Assembly (NCBI RefSeq): GCF_009834535.1
Contig: NC_045696.1
Coordinates: 73,224,001-73,288,000 of the forward strand
Origin: Camelus ferus
Taxonomy: Eukaryota
Direction: 5' to 3'
Length of the DNA stretch: 64,000 nt
In this document: positions 53,433 to 64,000 of the stretch, piece by piece
Layout of the letters: every line of letters begins with the position of its first letter
Numbering within the stretch: the stretch's first letter is position 1
Made by a program: the position numbers and the translations under genes
Notes under the pieces: generated by a model
Seen by the model: the letters and a program-made list of their open reading frames with translations, nothing else
Told to the model about the DNA's origin: nothing
Database searches by the model: none

Positions 53433-56400
53433 TATTTACTGTCTCTAAATACATTTTTACATGAGTCCCAAAATGCTGTGGAAGGGTGTGATAAAAATCT
53501 AACAAACAGAAAGTTGCAGCTCCAATTTCTGATCTGAGCAGATAATTTGGACAAAATCAAGCACACACATGTATTATTAAAGGAAATGCACCCCTACTCA
53601 CTCATCTCAAAAAGTTCAGCTTCTCAAGATTGATCCAATCTGCTCAGTAACAGTAATGTATGTATATTTTATGATAACTTGTTTCCTGAAGTAATATGGG
53701 AACTTGGGCTGTTCAGCCACTATTCCCATGCTTCTACAGCTAGAACCCCTTTATCTCACCAGAGGATATTTTAGCCTGAGAAACCTTTCTTTTTAATTGT
53801 TAAATCGTGTATTTTCTTCCCGGGTGAGTTTTACCCCCAAAACACCAAGATCCAGTTACATCAGATTTTTTAGGTGCTCATATGTCATTTGTATACTAAG
53901 CAAAGTCCAAGAGATTATTTTCACCAGTAATCTTTGCCACTAATAAGGATGAATATAAACCAGCAGCCTTAAAACCAGAGGTGGGCATTTCACCGGTAAT
54001 GCTTTTTCATAGCTCCTTGATGAAGATGATCAACTAAGGCAAAACTTCTGCATGATCTATTAATAGAGAATGAGGATTAATGAAGGATTATGTCATAATG
54101 AGTCTGCCTGCAGAGTAGCTTCAGTTCTGGTCCTTTGCTGCCAAAATACAGTTCTCATTTCCAACAAACAAAGTCTATCTGAGAGAAAGCACAGAGCCCC
54201 TTTAGAACTGGAAAGTCCTGTGCATAATAATGACTGTCTAACTCTTCTTTTGCCAAAGAGCTTCAGCACTTTCAATGTCATAGGTCAATGCAGTGATTCA
54301 GAGGGGGCCTGATCCTTATCTAAGCTTTTGCAACAAAATTAGAATGTGCTGTAGTCTTATTAAAGAAATGTTTGTTCCTCCATCAATGAGCTGAAAAGAA
54401 AGCAGCTCAATGTACTTTTGCAAATTACAGCAATAAACTGCTTGAATTAACTGCTTTATTACAAATATTTAATTATTCTGAGGGTTAAATATCCAACATT
54501 TTGGGAAGGGAAAATTAGCAGTCCACTTGATAATCTACTTCATTTAAAATCTGTTACAACGGTGTATTTTTGTTTTTATTTTTAAACAATTCCAATTTTC
54601 AGTTGTCTTTATTGTAAATTCAGCCAGTTTCCATTTGAATGAAAAAGAATAATACATACAGCCCCTTCATTTTGAAGTAAATTATCAAGAAAATCTAATT
54701 CGTCACCTGTGGGAAATTACAAGAAGTAGAACTTGTTTTCATTTCCGAGGAATACGAACAGTTACAAAAATGAAACAGGACCCAAAACACCAAGTTAAGG
54801 TCTGTCCTTTTTTTAAGTAAGACCTATTTCAAGATTTAGATAAAATAACATCATCATTGTTATTGTTATTATTATTAAAATGGTTGTGGTTTAAATGTTA
54901 TTTACAGTATATTTCCTTTTAAAATAAAAGGGACCATGAATTAAAACTTTACATCAAAAGGAAACTCGACAAATACATGTTGAACAAAAAGCAAATGTTC
55001 TCAAAGGAAAGTTTTTTACTCCAACAAAATAAAATTCAATTCATCAATACAAATCTGTTTCACATTTATTAGTTCAGTGGTACCAAAGGAGATGAAAATT
55101 ATTTTTAAAAACTGATCATTTTATCTGGGTTATATTCTTAAAAAATAAGAAAATAGAGAGCATTTTGCCAAAAGGCAAAGAAAAATATCACAATAACAGA
55201 AACTAGATCAACCAGGATATGCTTCAACAGAGGGACATATCAAAGCATTATTATAGTCTCTCTCCACTTACTATTTGGATTTACTAATCTACATCACTAA
55301 ATTGACCATTCAGTGCCAGAAAATCTGCCATGTAGGTCTCGACTTTTCATAGCAGCTCTTAAATGTGTATTCGGAAACTACAAAGTACTGAATATATTTT
55401 CAGCCTTTTTATACTACGATTTACAACTAATGACCTTAAGCAATGTCATGCATGTAAAACAAAATTATGAGACCACCCTGGTTTAGAGCCGAATAAAGGT
55501 ATAGAATCAAACTTCATTATCATTCAAATTTAATACGGGAGAACAGCAGTAAAAAAACAAAAAACCCATAATAATATAGATAAATCTATTTTGCCATTTT
55601 ATTTTATAAAAATACCCTCCACTTGTATTTTGCTATTACCAGCTCAGGGTAAGTAGACAATTACCTAAGCTTAATGCCAAAAGTAATAATGCACTGCATA
55701 CATTCAAAACCCTTGTGCCACATCAGCCAGTGCCTGTGGGGATAAAACAGTTATCAGTTGCTCCTTAGTGCAATAGCGGGTTTGAAAAATCTGGCTGTCC
55801 AGGCTGACATTAAGTGAAACCATAGTTTTTGCTTGATTCAGCACCCAACACAGGAAACCCTGATCCTGGGATGACTCCACTGGCAGCGTGCCTCCCGATA
55901 CCCACTGAACTGCGGGCTACTTTCTGTCCCACTACTTCCCATGAAAGAAGTCCTTTTACTTCCCTGCTATAGTTGGCACACTGCCCTTTTCACAGACCCA
56001 ACGAACCGTCATCTTGGATGTAACAAATTAGTACATTCTCAGAATAATAATAAGTGCAGGCATGAAAACACTATTGTTTTTATTTGGAAATGAAGTAACT
56101 CATTTTAGCTGGGTGACTTTTTCAGTGTAACACCACAGGCCAAAAAAGAAAAAAATCTTTTCTGAAAAGAATGGTCAATTTCAGGAGAGATATGACACAT
56201 CATTTGCTGTAAAAATCAGGGAAAGGCAAAAAAAAAAAAAACAAACAGAAAAAAATGGCATTTTTTGCAGGGTAGTTATAGAGAAAATAGAGGGTTTGAG
56301 AAAAATACAAATATGAAATAATTAATGTGTCTATTTCAAAGTACAATTAGAGAAATAAGATTGGGAATAAGTATAATATGGAGTTGATTTTTGATATCAA

Positions 56401-58778
56401 GGTAAGATCTATTAACTGATTTTTCTGCCTGTAACTGTAAAAATTATATAACAAACAGTTTTTTTAAAATGAGCTTTGAGTATATTAGAAAAAAATTAAA
56501 TGTAGAGAATGTTAAACACAAGAGAATAACATAAACATGTTTTCATATGTTGATGAATGTGTCAAAATTTACTTTCAGTTTTCAAAAAGATCCCTTTCAC
56601 CCACTATATGTGTGTGTGTGTATGTACATGTGTGTATTTTCATTTTCAGGAATTTTTTACCATGTTTATAAAGAAAAGGAAAAAGTTAGTATTTTCAAAT
56701 TTGCACGTAAGTGAAATCTACTACAAATTAGAGCCATGAAATTACAGGAAATACTTTTCCTCATTATTCTGGAAGAGCTATCACCACTTTTCAATGTCAA
56801 GAACCCTGAAAACTATGACTATAACAACTATTGTTATAATAGTCTTTATGACAGCTTCAACTGAGATTTAACTGAGATTTGAATAGCAAGTATACCTTTA
56901 AGCAGACAATAAGATGAAATTAGAACTGCCAAGATGTATGAAATAATAAAGTAAATAAATATATATTTTCAATATTCTAGCTTTTGTCCAATTTAAATGT
57001 CATTTCAAAATTATAATCTAGATATCAAAACAATCATTAATCTACTCTCCTTTGCTCTACCCTGATCATTTTAAACAAATCATGATATTTCATGTAAAAA
57101 TGTACCACAAATTTACTAAACTTTCTGGTTCAAATGAGTTCAAGAATATCTCATTATAAATGGAGACAGTCCTGAAAAGGCAGCCAAGCATGACTAAAAA
57201 GATCACTCTTTTACACAAAAAATAGCCTTCTTATTTTACCCTTTGTTGAAAAGACATTTGGCCAGCCACAGGGGAAATACATAATCTACTTTTATATTCA
57301 AATGATTTATTTGAAAACTCTATGGCTACAATGACCCTAAAACAATTCTGGATTGAATATACATATTACATGGGTTTATGTGATCTTAATCATTGACTTA
57401 TTTTCATGTGTTGGCAATGATTTTGGCAACTCTTTTTAAAAGAGAAAAACACATTCATACACTTTAATAAAAATTTACCATGAAGTAAAATTAGATCTGA
57501 AATGAAATAAGTGGTATTAATGTAGTATAGTTCTGGAAATAATTTTATCCGTGAAGTCAAGTTTGAATATTGCAGTTCTTTTCTCATAGCAATCTATCAA
57601 TTTGATCTAATATACATTCCAACACACAACCTATCTGGTAACAACATGTCAGAAATTATGCCATCATAATTTGCCTTTTTATAAAGACAAGCAGCAACAT
57701 TCAAACATTTCGAGATTTAAAAAACCTCCTTCCACATAGATTTGCTCTTTTCCATTCTGTGAATTTTTGTTTCAGTTTTTTGATAATAGAGTTGACATTA
57801 CGCACTCTAAATTACAGTAAATTTAACTATGAAATATGCCCCTTCCCCCGCCAGGAGCTAAAGATGCCAGCAATAAATGATGTTTGTTCCTTTACTTTAA
57901 GTAAGACACTGATTCTTTCATTCAGTTGCTCAATATCCAAGATTATATAACAGCAGAGAACAGCATACACTGAGGAGGAAAAGCTTAAAGCAATTAGTTT
58001 CCTTCTAAGTACTTTAGCCCTCCTTATTTAGGTTTTTAAAAAACAGGCAATCATACAATGAATTTCAAGCAGTCCATACAAAGCATTTAAAAAACTGTTT
58101 CTATAGTCTTAATTTCCTTTCATCCTTGTACACATAAAAGAGAGGAAGTAGCAATCACATTCATGCCCTAAAATTGATCACTCAGATAGCCTAGAAAGTT
58201 TCCTATGTTTTCCACCTAGGTATTTTTCTCTGACTTTTCAAGGTACAAATGAGCTATTTCCAGCTCTGAAACAGAAGACCAAAATGTAAAATGTCGACTT
58301 GTCTTGCACATTCCGGGTGCCTCCCTAGACTCCGCCACTCTCCCAGCAGAGCAGAATGAGTATCTGTGCTAACCACACATTTCAGGACAAAGGAACTAAT
58401 TCATGGGGGAGGGGAGACCACACACCATTTATAAGGTTTGTTCAGTTTACAAGAAAACTATTGTCAATGCTTTGTTGATTCATTATGAATGACCCTGCGT
58501 GACAAATAACAAGGGGCTACCTCCTTGCTGAGCCTCACCAGAATGCTTCGTGCACTCGAGAGTCGCCCAGGATCCGCTGGGCTAATTGTTATTTAAGGAA
58601 ATTGGAGCTGTAGGTACATGAGATAGTTACGATCACAGGCATAGCCATCAGGTTGAAGATGTGATGAGACTGTGGCTCTGGTACCCAAAAGATCATGCAC
58701 AATAGCACAGTGCTTGCTATTTGCTGTACAAAACTCTGATGTGAAGAACCAAATTCCACTAGAGGGAGTGAAAAGAGC
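53410..58778 (-). other. Putative terminal exon with long 3' UTR of an unidentified minus-strand gene
   Basis: About 5.3 kb with no repeat recognised; U-rich on the minus strand. Acceptor candidates 'tcctttctag|G' (58778) and 'tccctctag|T' (58758); several minus-strand AATAAA at the far end; miRNA seed and Pumilio words. Repeats resume on both sides. Confidence 0.65.
55020..55070 (-). terminator. Candidate alternative polyadenylation signal
   Basis: Minus-strand AATAAA at 55065-55070 with a downstream U/GU-rich element (plus ccaacaaaataaaattcaattcatcaataca). Further hexamers at 54455, 54575 and 54608. Confidence 0.45.
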
Positions 58779-59674
58779 CTAGAAAGGATCATAGAGATGC
58801 TGACTCTATGCAGGGTCCCACCACTAGGACATTTTAGTCACTACGAAATCTTCTGGTCTCCCCACCTACAAAATGGGACTAAAATACTTTTTAAAGGAAA
58901 ATCACCTTAAAATCTTTTGTTGGAAAATGCTATACAGTGCACAAGTATTATCTTCATCATCCATTGAACCTTTGTACTTTTTTCTCTGTCCCGAGGGAAA
59001 TAATAAATTGACATATTTTCTATCATCAGAGATCCTTTTAAGACCACAATGTGATTGCATTCCAGTACATCTCACACTTATCCCCATTAAAAACACACAA
59101 AAGGGTGAAAGCAGGGAAAGAAATAGGTAGGCATAAAGGGCAGCTCAGATATTCTGTTGTACAACATGGGCACTCTCTCCTAACCTGCCCCAGCCTCTAA
59201 GACGGGGATCATAACCACTGCACAAAGCAGCTGGCAAATGCGCCCTGCACATGTTCCAGTTGAAACTGGCCGCCCTGTGGGTAGGAGCACACAGATTGCT
59301 CTCCCGAGTGGCCATCTGATTGCAGATGAGCTCTGCTTTCCCCTACTGCTCCAACAACCCTGAATGGCGCCCTGTATCTTTTTAAGTGCCTGGTTTAGTT
59401 GGAAACACGGGAAAGAAATCTGTTCCAACTTGTGGTACCTATGTAGTAGCATTGTAGCATTTTCTTCCTTTTTAAAAATTTTTTTATTTTTATTTTTAAG
59501 GAATAAAGGGACCTTAAAAATAAACCTGGACCTCTGTAAAGAAAAGTTCTTTAGTAGCCTCAGGAAGAAAGAATCCTTACCTTTCCCCTGACATCTCCTT
59601 CAGTTCTATCAGCTATGGGATTTCCTTAGGTCACCAAGTGGTTTTTAGAAGAGAATAGAGAGTATTTATTTCAA

Positions 59675-60030
59675 GGTGGTGGGGAGACTGGCACCCTGAT
59701 AGGTTGCTGATAAAATGTTACTCGGTAAACCTCTGTGGACGGCAATTTGGTAATTTCTACCCAAGCCCTACTCCCAGGAATCCATCCTACAGCTCTGTTC
59801 CCACGTGTGTGAAATGACACATGTACAGGGTTGTTTATTGTAGCTCTGTTAGCAATAGTAAAAGACTGGAAACATTGTAAATGTCCATCAATAGGTTGTA
59901 TCATGATGCAAGGATACAAGGAAAGAATATTAAATGATCTTCAAGATACAATGTTAAGAAGAAAAAGCAAGCCACAGAAAAGTATGAACTGTATGAGTCT
60001 CCTTCTGCTAAAGAAGGGGGAAAGATTGAG
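59675..60030 (+). mobile_element. L1MC/MD-type 3' fragment
   Basis: ORF 59831 (FIVALLAIVKDWKHCKCPSIG) is an L1 ORF2 C-terminal remnant; 'ggcaatttggtaatttctac'. Confidence 0.8.
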
Positions 60031-61284
60031 AGGTATTGTTTATAAGCTCCCTGAGAGCAGGGTTCGCTCTTGCTTTGCTCACCCCTGGGTCCCCAGGGGC
60101 AGCAAATACTTTATTTCAGGTGAGGGAAGGTCTGAAATAAGTTGTAGTGAATGACGGAGAGTAAGAGAGTCAACAATAGGTTTGAAACATAAAATCTGAT
60201 TCAAAATTGTATACAGAACTTGAAAGAAAACTTCATGAAAAAATACTAGAAAATAGTAACCCCAGGCTTGAGTGATTTCTCCCCTGCTCCTTTATCCTTT
60301 TATCTGCCTGTCAATTTTACTATGAGGATGCATTTATTTAACAATTTCACAATAAAACAAAATACTACATTGGACTTAAATCATCTGTATGACTCTTTGG
60401 TTGTGTGGTTTGGGAGAGGGTGAAACCAAGGATAGTTCTGAGATTTCTGACTTGGAAAACAAAGTGGATGTTGTTCAGAGGAGCTGAGCTGAGTAGGCGG
60501 ATGAGAAGAAGACAGGCAGTGCATCTCACTGTTAAATGTTCCTCGAGGTTCATGCTGTGAGCTGGCCTTAGGGTGCCCTGTGAAATCTTTCTGGGCTTCG
60601 GTAACCACTGTATAGCAATTCCACTGTGAAGAATACGTAGCCAGACTCCCACTATGGAATCACCTGGGAGTTGCCCTTAGGACACAACCATGTTTTCTAA
60701 AGAAACTGACAAATCATTCAAAGCAGTGTTGACTTTCATGAGTATTGTTTCCATTGACTTGCAAATAAGTGCACTTGTGTAGAACAAAAATTCCTACACA
60801 CACTGCCTCTGGTTACACAGAAACAGCTGAGGGTAAACAAGGTGGTGCTTAGCAAAATCAGGACCCTCTGCTTGGCATCCTCAGAATACACCTCCTTGTT
60901 GATTTCCCAGGGTTCCAAGGACATTTCCCACTTTTGCTGGCTCTCTCTGCAACCTGGAGCCCACCCCGTGTCCATCTTTCCAGCAGGCCTCCGTTCCCTT
61001 CCCCAAATCCTCCCCCTTCCCTTGTCCCCTAGGCGGGGTTCTCTCCTCCCTCCCTCTCTGCCCTTCCCCAAGCCTAGCTTTGCTCTCTGTGCTGATTCAC
61101 TTCTATTTTAGTTAATATCAATTATTACTGGAATCATATCACACTTTCCCGAAAGCCCTAGATTTTCTAGCATATGGGATGTTATGTGAATTTGAAAATG
61201 TTAGAATATGTATTTTCAAAGTCTCTGATGTGGAAACACATCATTTGCTAATAGAACAATTCCTACTTCCCTGTATAAGTTATA

Positions 61285-61570
61285 ACCAAGGTTGTCTATT
61301 AAAGAGTTTTCCAAAGAGTTCCCAGGACTTAATGGGTCCAGAGAAACATGTTCAAATGGGTCAGGAAACTTGCCTCCTACATCACCCTCATAGAGCTTCA
61401 CCAACAATAGTGGCTATTAAAGGCTTGGAAGAGTTCTATAATACCAGTCTAGTTTCATTTTGTTTATACCAGAATTTCCTACATTTATTTTACTTTTTAC
61501 CCTCCTCTTCCCTTTTAGAGTCCCATTACTCTTTCAAGGAACTAGTAGTTCACGGAACACAGTTTCCTGC
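61285..61570 (+). mobile_element. MER103-like hAT MITE
   Basis: 'tattaaaggcttggaagagttct...tttgtttataccagaatttcctacatttattt...ggaactagtagttcacggaacacagttt'. Confidence 0.7.
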
Positions 61571-61624
61571 TGGTCTAGTGATGAATTCCCTTAAAAACCA
61601 ACATTCTTCCTCTTATTATTATTG

Positions 61625-61850
61625 TTAGTATTATTATTATCTCTTGAACAAACTTGGTTAAATCCTCTATAAGAATGATATCATTTAATCCTCACTATAA
61701 CTATATGACAAGTACCATTATAATTTTCATTTGACGGATGAGGAAAATGAGGCCTTGAGAAATTTTAAAACTTCCCCGAAGTCAAACCACCATTAAATGT
61801 CAGAGTCAGGATTCAACTGTTTCTGACTCTGGAGACCTGTATTCCTCTTC
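61625..61850 (-). mobile_element. MIR SINE
   Basis: 'tcatttaatcctcactataactatatga...ttcatttgacggatgaggaaaatgaggc...cagagtcaggattcaa'. Confidence 0.85.
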
Positions 61851-62139
61851 TCTGGGACTTACGAAAGTCTTCCTCTACAGTGTTTGAATCTGCATTTGGA
61901 CCCGACCTTTAAGGAGTGGAACAATAATATCTCAGGGGCCTGTGAGGTGGAAGCAACAAGGGGAAGGGAAATGCATGGCATGAAGACCGGAGGCCACTGG
62001 CCTGGCTGCTCCTCCCCACCTGGTTATTCTCCCTTTAGGTATTTCATGTTCTCTTAAAATGAGCCTCAGTTTCCTCATCTGAAAAATGGGCAAATTGATA
62101 CTTTTCAGGATTCTTGTAAGACTTGAAGTTAAAAATCTA

Positions 62140-62561
62140 TATTCTAAGTAAGTGAAGTAAGCCAGAAAGAGAAAAGAAAGATACCATATGATATCACTCA
62201 TATTTGGAGTCTAAAAAAAAAAAAAGAAGACACTAATGAAATTACTACAAAACAGAAACAGACTCACAGACATAGCAAACAATCTTATGGTTACTGGTGG
62301 GGAGGGGGGTGGGAAGGAATAAATTGGGAGTTGGAGATTTGTAGATATTAACTACTATATATAAAATAGATAAACAACGAATTTCTTCTATATAGCACAG
62401 GGAACTATAGTCAATATCTTGTAGTAACCTATAATGAAAAAGAATATGAAAACAAATATATGTATGTACATGTATGACTGAAGCATTATGCTGTACACCA
62501 GAAATTGACACAACATTATAAACTGACTATATACGCCAATCAATCATTCAAAAAAAAAAAA
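62140..62561 (+). mobile_element. Camelid-type L1 3' end inserted in a MIR (MIR parts about 62050-62135 and 62562-62650)
   Basis: 'aagtgaagtaagccagaaagagaaaag...tatagcacagggaactatagtcaatatcttgtagtaacctataatgaaaaagaatatg', A-tail; homologous to about 22705-23090. Confidence 0.92.
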
Positions 62562-62649
62562 TCTCTTAAGTGCTTACAGCCGAGAGCCGCAGTGGGGTGC
62601 TCCTGGGCACCAGTGCCTGGAACACATGAGACCCTAAGAAATGGTGATA

Positions 62650-62790
62650 ATGTGACCTTGGACAATTTTCTAAACCTCTCTGCGTCTCAGTTTCTTCAAA
62701 TGTAAAACGGGGACAGCAATGTCACCTACATCATGGGGTGACTGTGAATATTGTATGACAAGGGAAGGGAAGGACCATATGTTTAATTAT
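62650..62790 (+). mobile_element. MIR SINE
   Basis: 'tgtgaccttggacaattttctaaacctctctgcgtctcagtttcttcaaatgtaaaacgggg'. Confidence 0.85.
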
Positions 62791-63499
62791 TCTTTTCATT
62801 ATTTCCTGACATGTGGCTAACACCATGGAGCAGCTCGGGAGAGCACGCCTAGAACACTGTCACTGGCATCAAAACATCAGGCCCTCCAACTCCAAAGACT
62901 GCATCGTCTGTAAGTAGACCATTGCTCCATCCAAACAACTGCCACACACTTAAACCCTTCAGATGGACTTCACGTGCTAGCCACTCTTGAGCAAAGCTCC
63001 CTAGACTTTAAGATACTTTTGTAAACAACTCTTAATCTCCCTTTTCAGTGAGTGTTGACTGTGCTTAGTTAGCATTAGGAGGCCTTGTGATGTTAGAGAA
63101 ATGGCCTGCGATCACTGCCACAGTTACTTTCTACATGGCTTGGCAGGAAAGGAAGAAGAAACAACCTAAATCTCCCACCATCTCTGCCCCCATCACAGAT
63201 GATTCCTAAGCCCACGGCAGAGACTCTGTTTCATTAAGGCATCATACCTCGTGGTGAATTTGCACAGTAGTGAGGAAACACTATTAAGATACAAATCTTC
63301 TAAATTTTCATGCATGTGAGGGCCCAGAAAAACGGAAACAAAAACAAACAACCAACAAAAAACCTTTGGAGTGATGCTGAAGCATTTGTGTTTGGAAAGT
63401 GGAAACTATTTTAATTGCAATGCATAGACTTGGGATTTCCTGATTAAGTGCTTTGGTCATTAGAAAATCTTTTTTGCTTCAATTCATATTAAAATATTT

Positions 63500-64000
63500 C
63501 TAAACAATATGCTTTTATTACAGTTATTTTACAAAAGAAAAGGTGACACTGTTTCATAAGGAAAAATCTGTAAAACATGGACAAATATGAAGAAAATGAA
63601 CATCATACATAATCACGGTTTGCTGTGAGAACTCTGTTAATGTTTCAGTGTTTTTAATACATGTGTATAACCATACACCTTTATGTATTTTTCATAAAAT
63701 TGGAATTATACTATTCTATATATTGTTTGATAACTTTGTTTTTAAAAAGTAACACTATACCATGAACATTTCCCTGTCATTAAATATTTTTCTAAAATAT
63801 TTGTATGGCTAAATGATGTTCCATTACATGCACATACAAAGATTTATTGCAAGAATCTCCTATGGTTGAACATTTATGCTGTTACCAAAAGTTTAGCATT
63901 ATTTAACTGTGATGGAAATAGCCCTATAACTCCTAATATTCATTTCTGTTTATGAATTTAAAATTCTATAAGTGGAATTATTTGGTTTATAAAAGATGTA
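63500..64000 (-). mobile_element. L1ME-type 3' fragment, runs off the window
   Basis: 'tatggctaaatgatgttccattacatgcacatac...tctcctatggttgaacattta...ctataagtggaattatttgg'. Confidence 0.75.

Noticed and set aside
55837..55860. REST/NRSE-like half-site TTCAGCACC
   Set aside because: The GGACAG half is missing.
61179..61628. 149-aa ORF
   Set aside because: Lies largely within a MER103-like MITE; chance ORF.
1804..62976. Eight CACGTG E-boxes (1804, 20502, 24164, 25909, 26772, 37269, 59802, 62971)
   Set aside because: Dispersed, some inside or beside repeats; enrichment cannot be established without a background model.
1..64000. CRISPR array, operon, rRNA, CpG island or intact provirus
   Set aside because: None seen: no regularly spaced repeats, no dense ORFs, CpG-depleted throughout, only solo or partial LTRs.

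Overview
Mammalian nuclear DNA, AT-rich and repeat-dense, with no prokaryotic-type system. The host is probably a camelid (inference): there are two tRNA-Ala(AGC)-derived SINEs of Vic-1 type and cetartiodactyl-type L1 3' ends, and I see no Alu, B1/B2, BovA/BovB, PRE-1 or Can-SINE. A large share of the window is fossil transposons: L1 of several ages, L2, L3/CR1, MIR, hAT-Charlie MITEs and MaLR LTRs. Nearly all ORF-track entries are L1 ORF2 remnants or chance ORFs, and no complete protein-coding gene is present. The non-repeat signals are three. (1) A ~5.3 kb repeat-free block (~53410-58778) looks like the terminal exon and long 3' UTR of a minus-strand gene that I could not name; its upstream exons probably lie beyond 64000. 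(2) Several well-formed plus-strand exon candidates (best: 17749-17850) may belong to a convergent spliced transcript. (3) Repeat-free, motif-rich enhancer-like blocks, two sharing an exact 18-bp POU-octamer word. Repeat subfamily names and boundaries were assigned by eye and are approximate.
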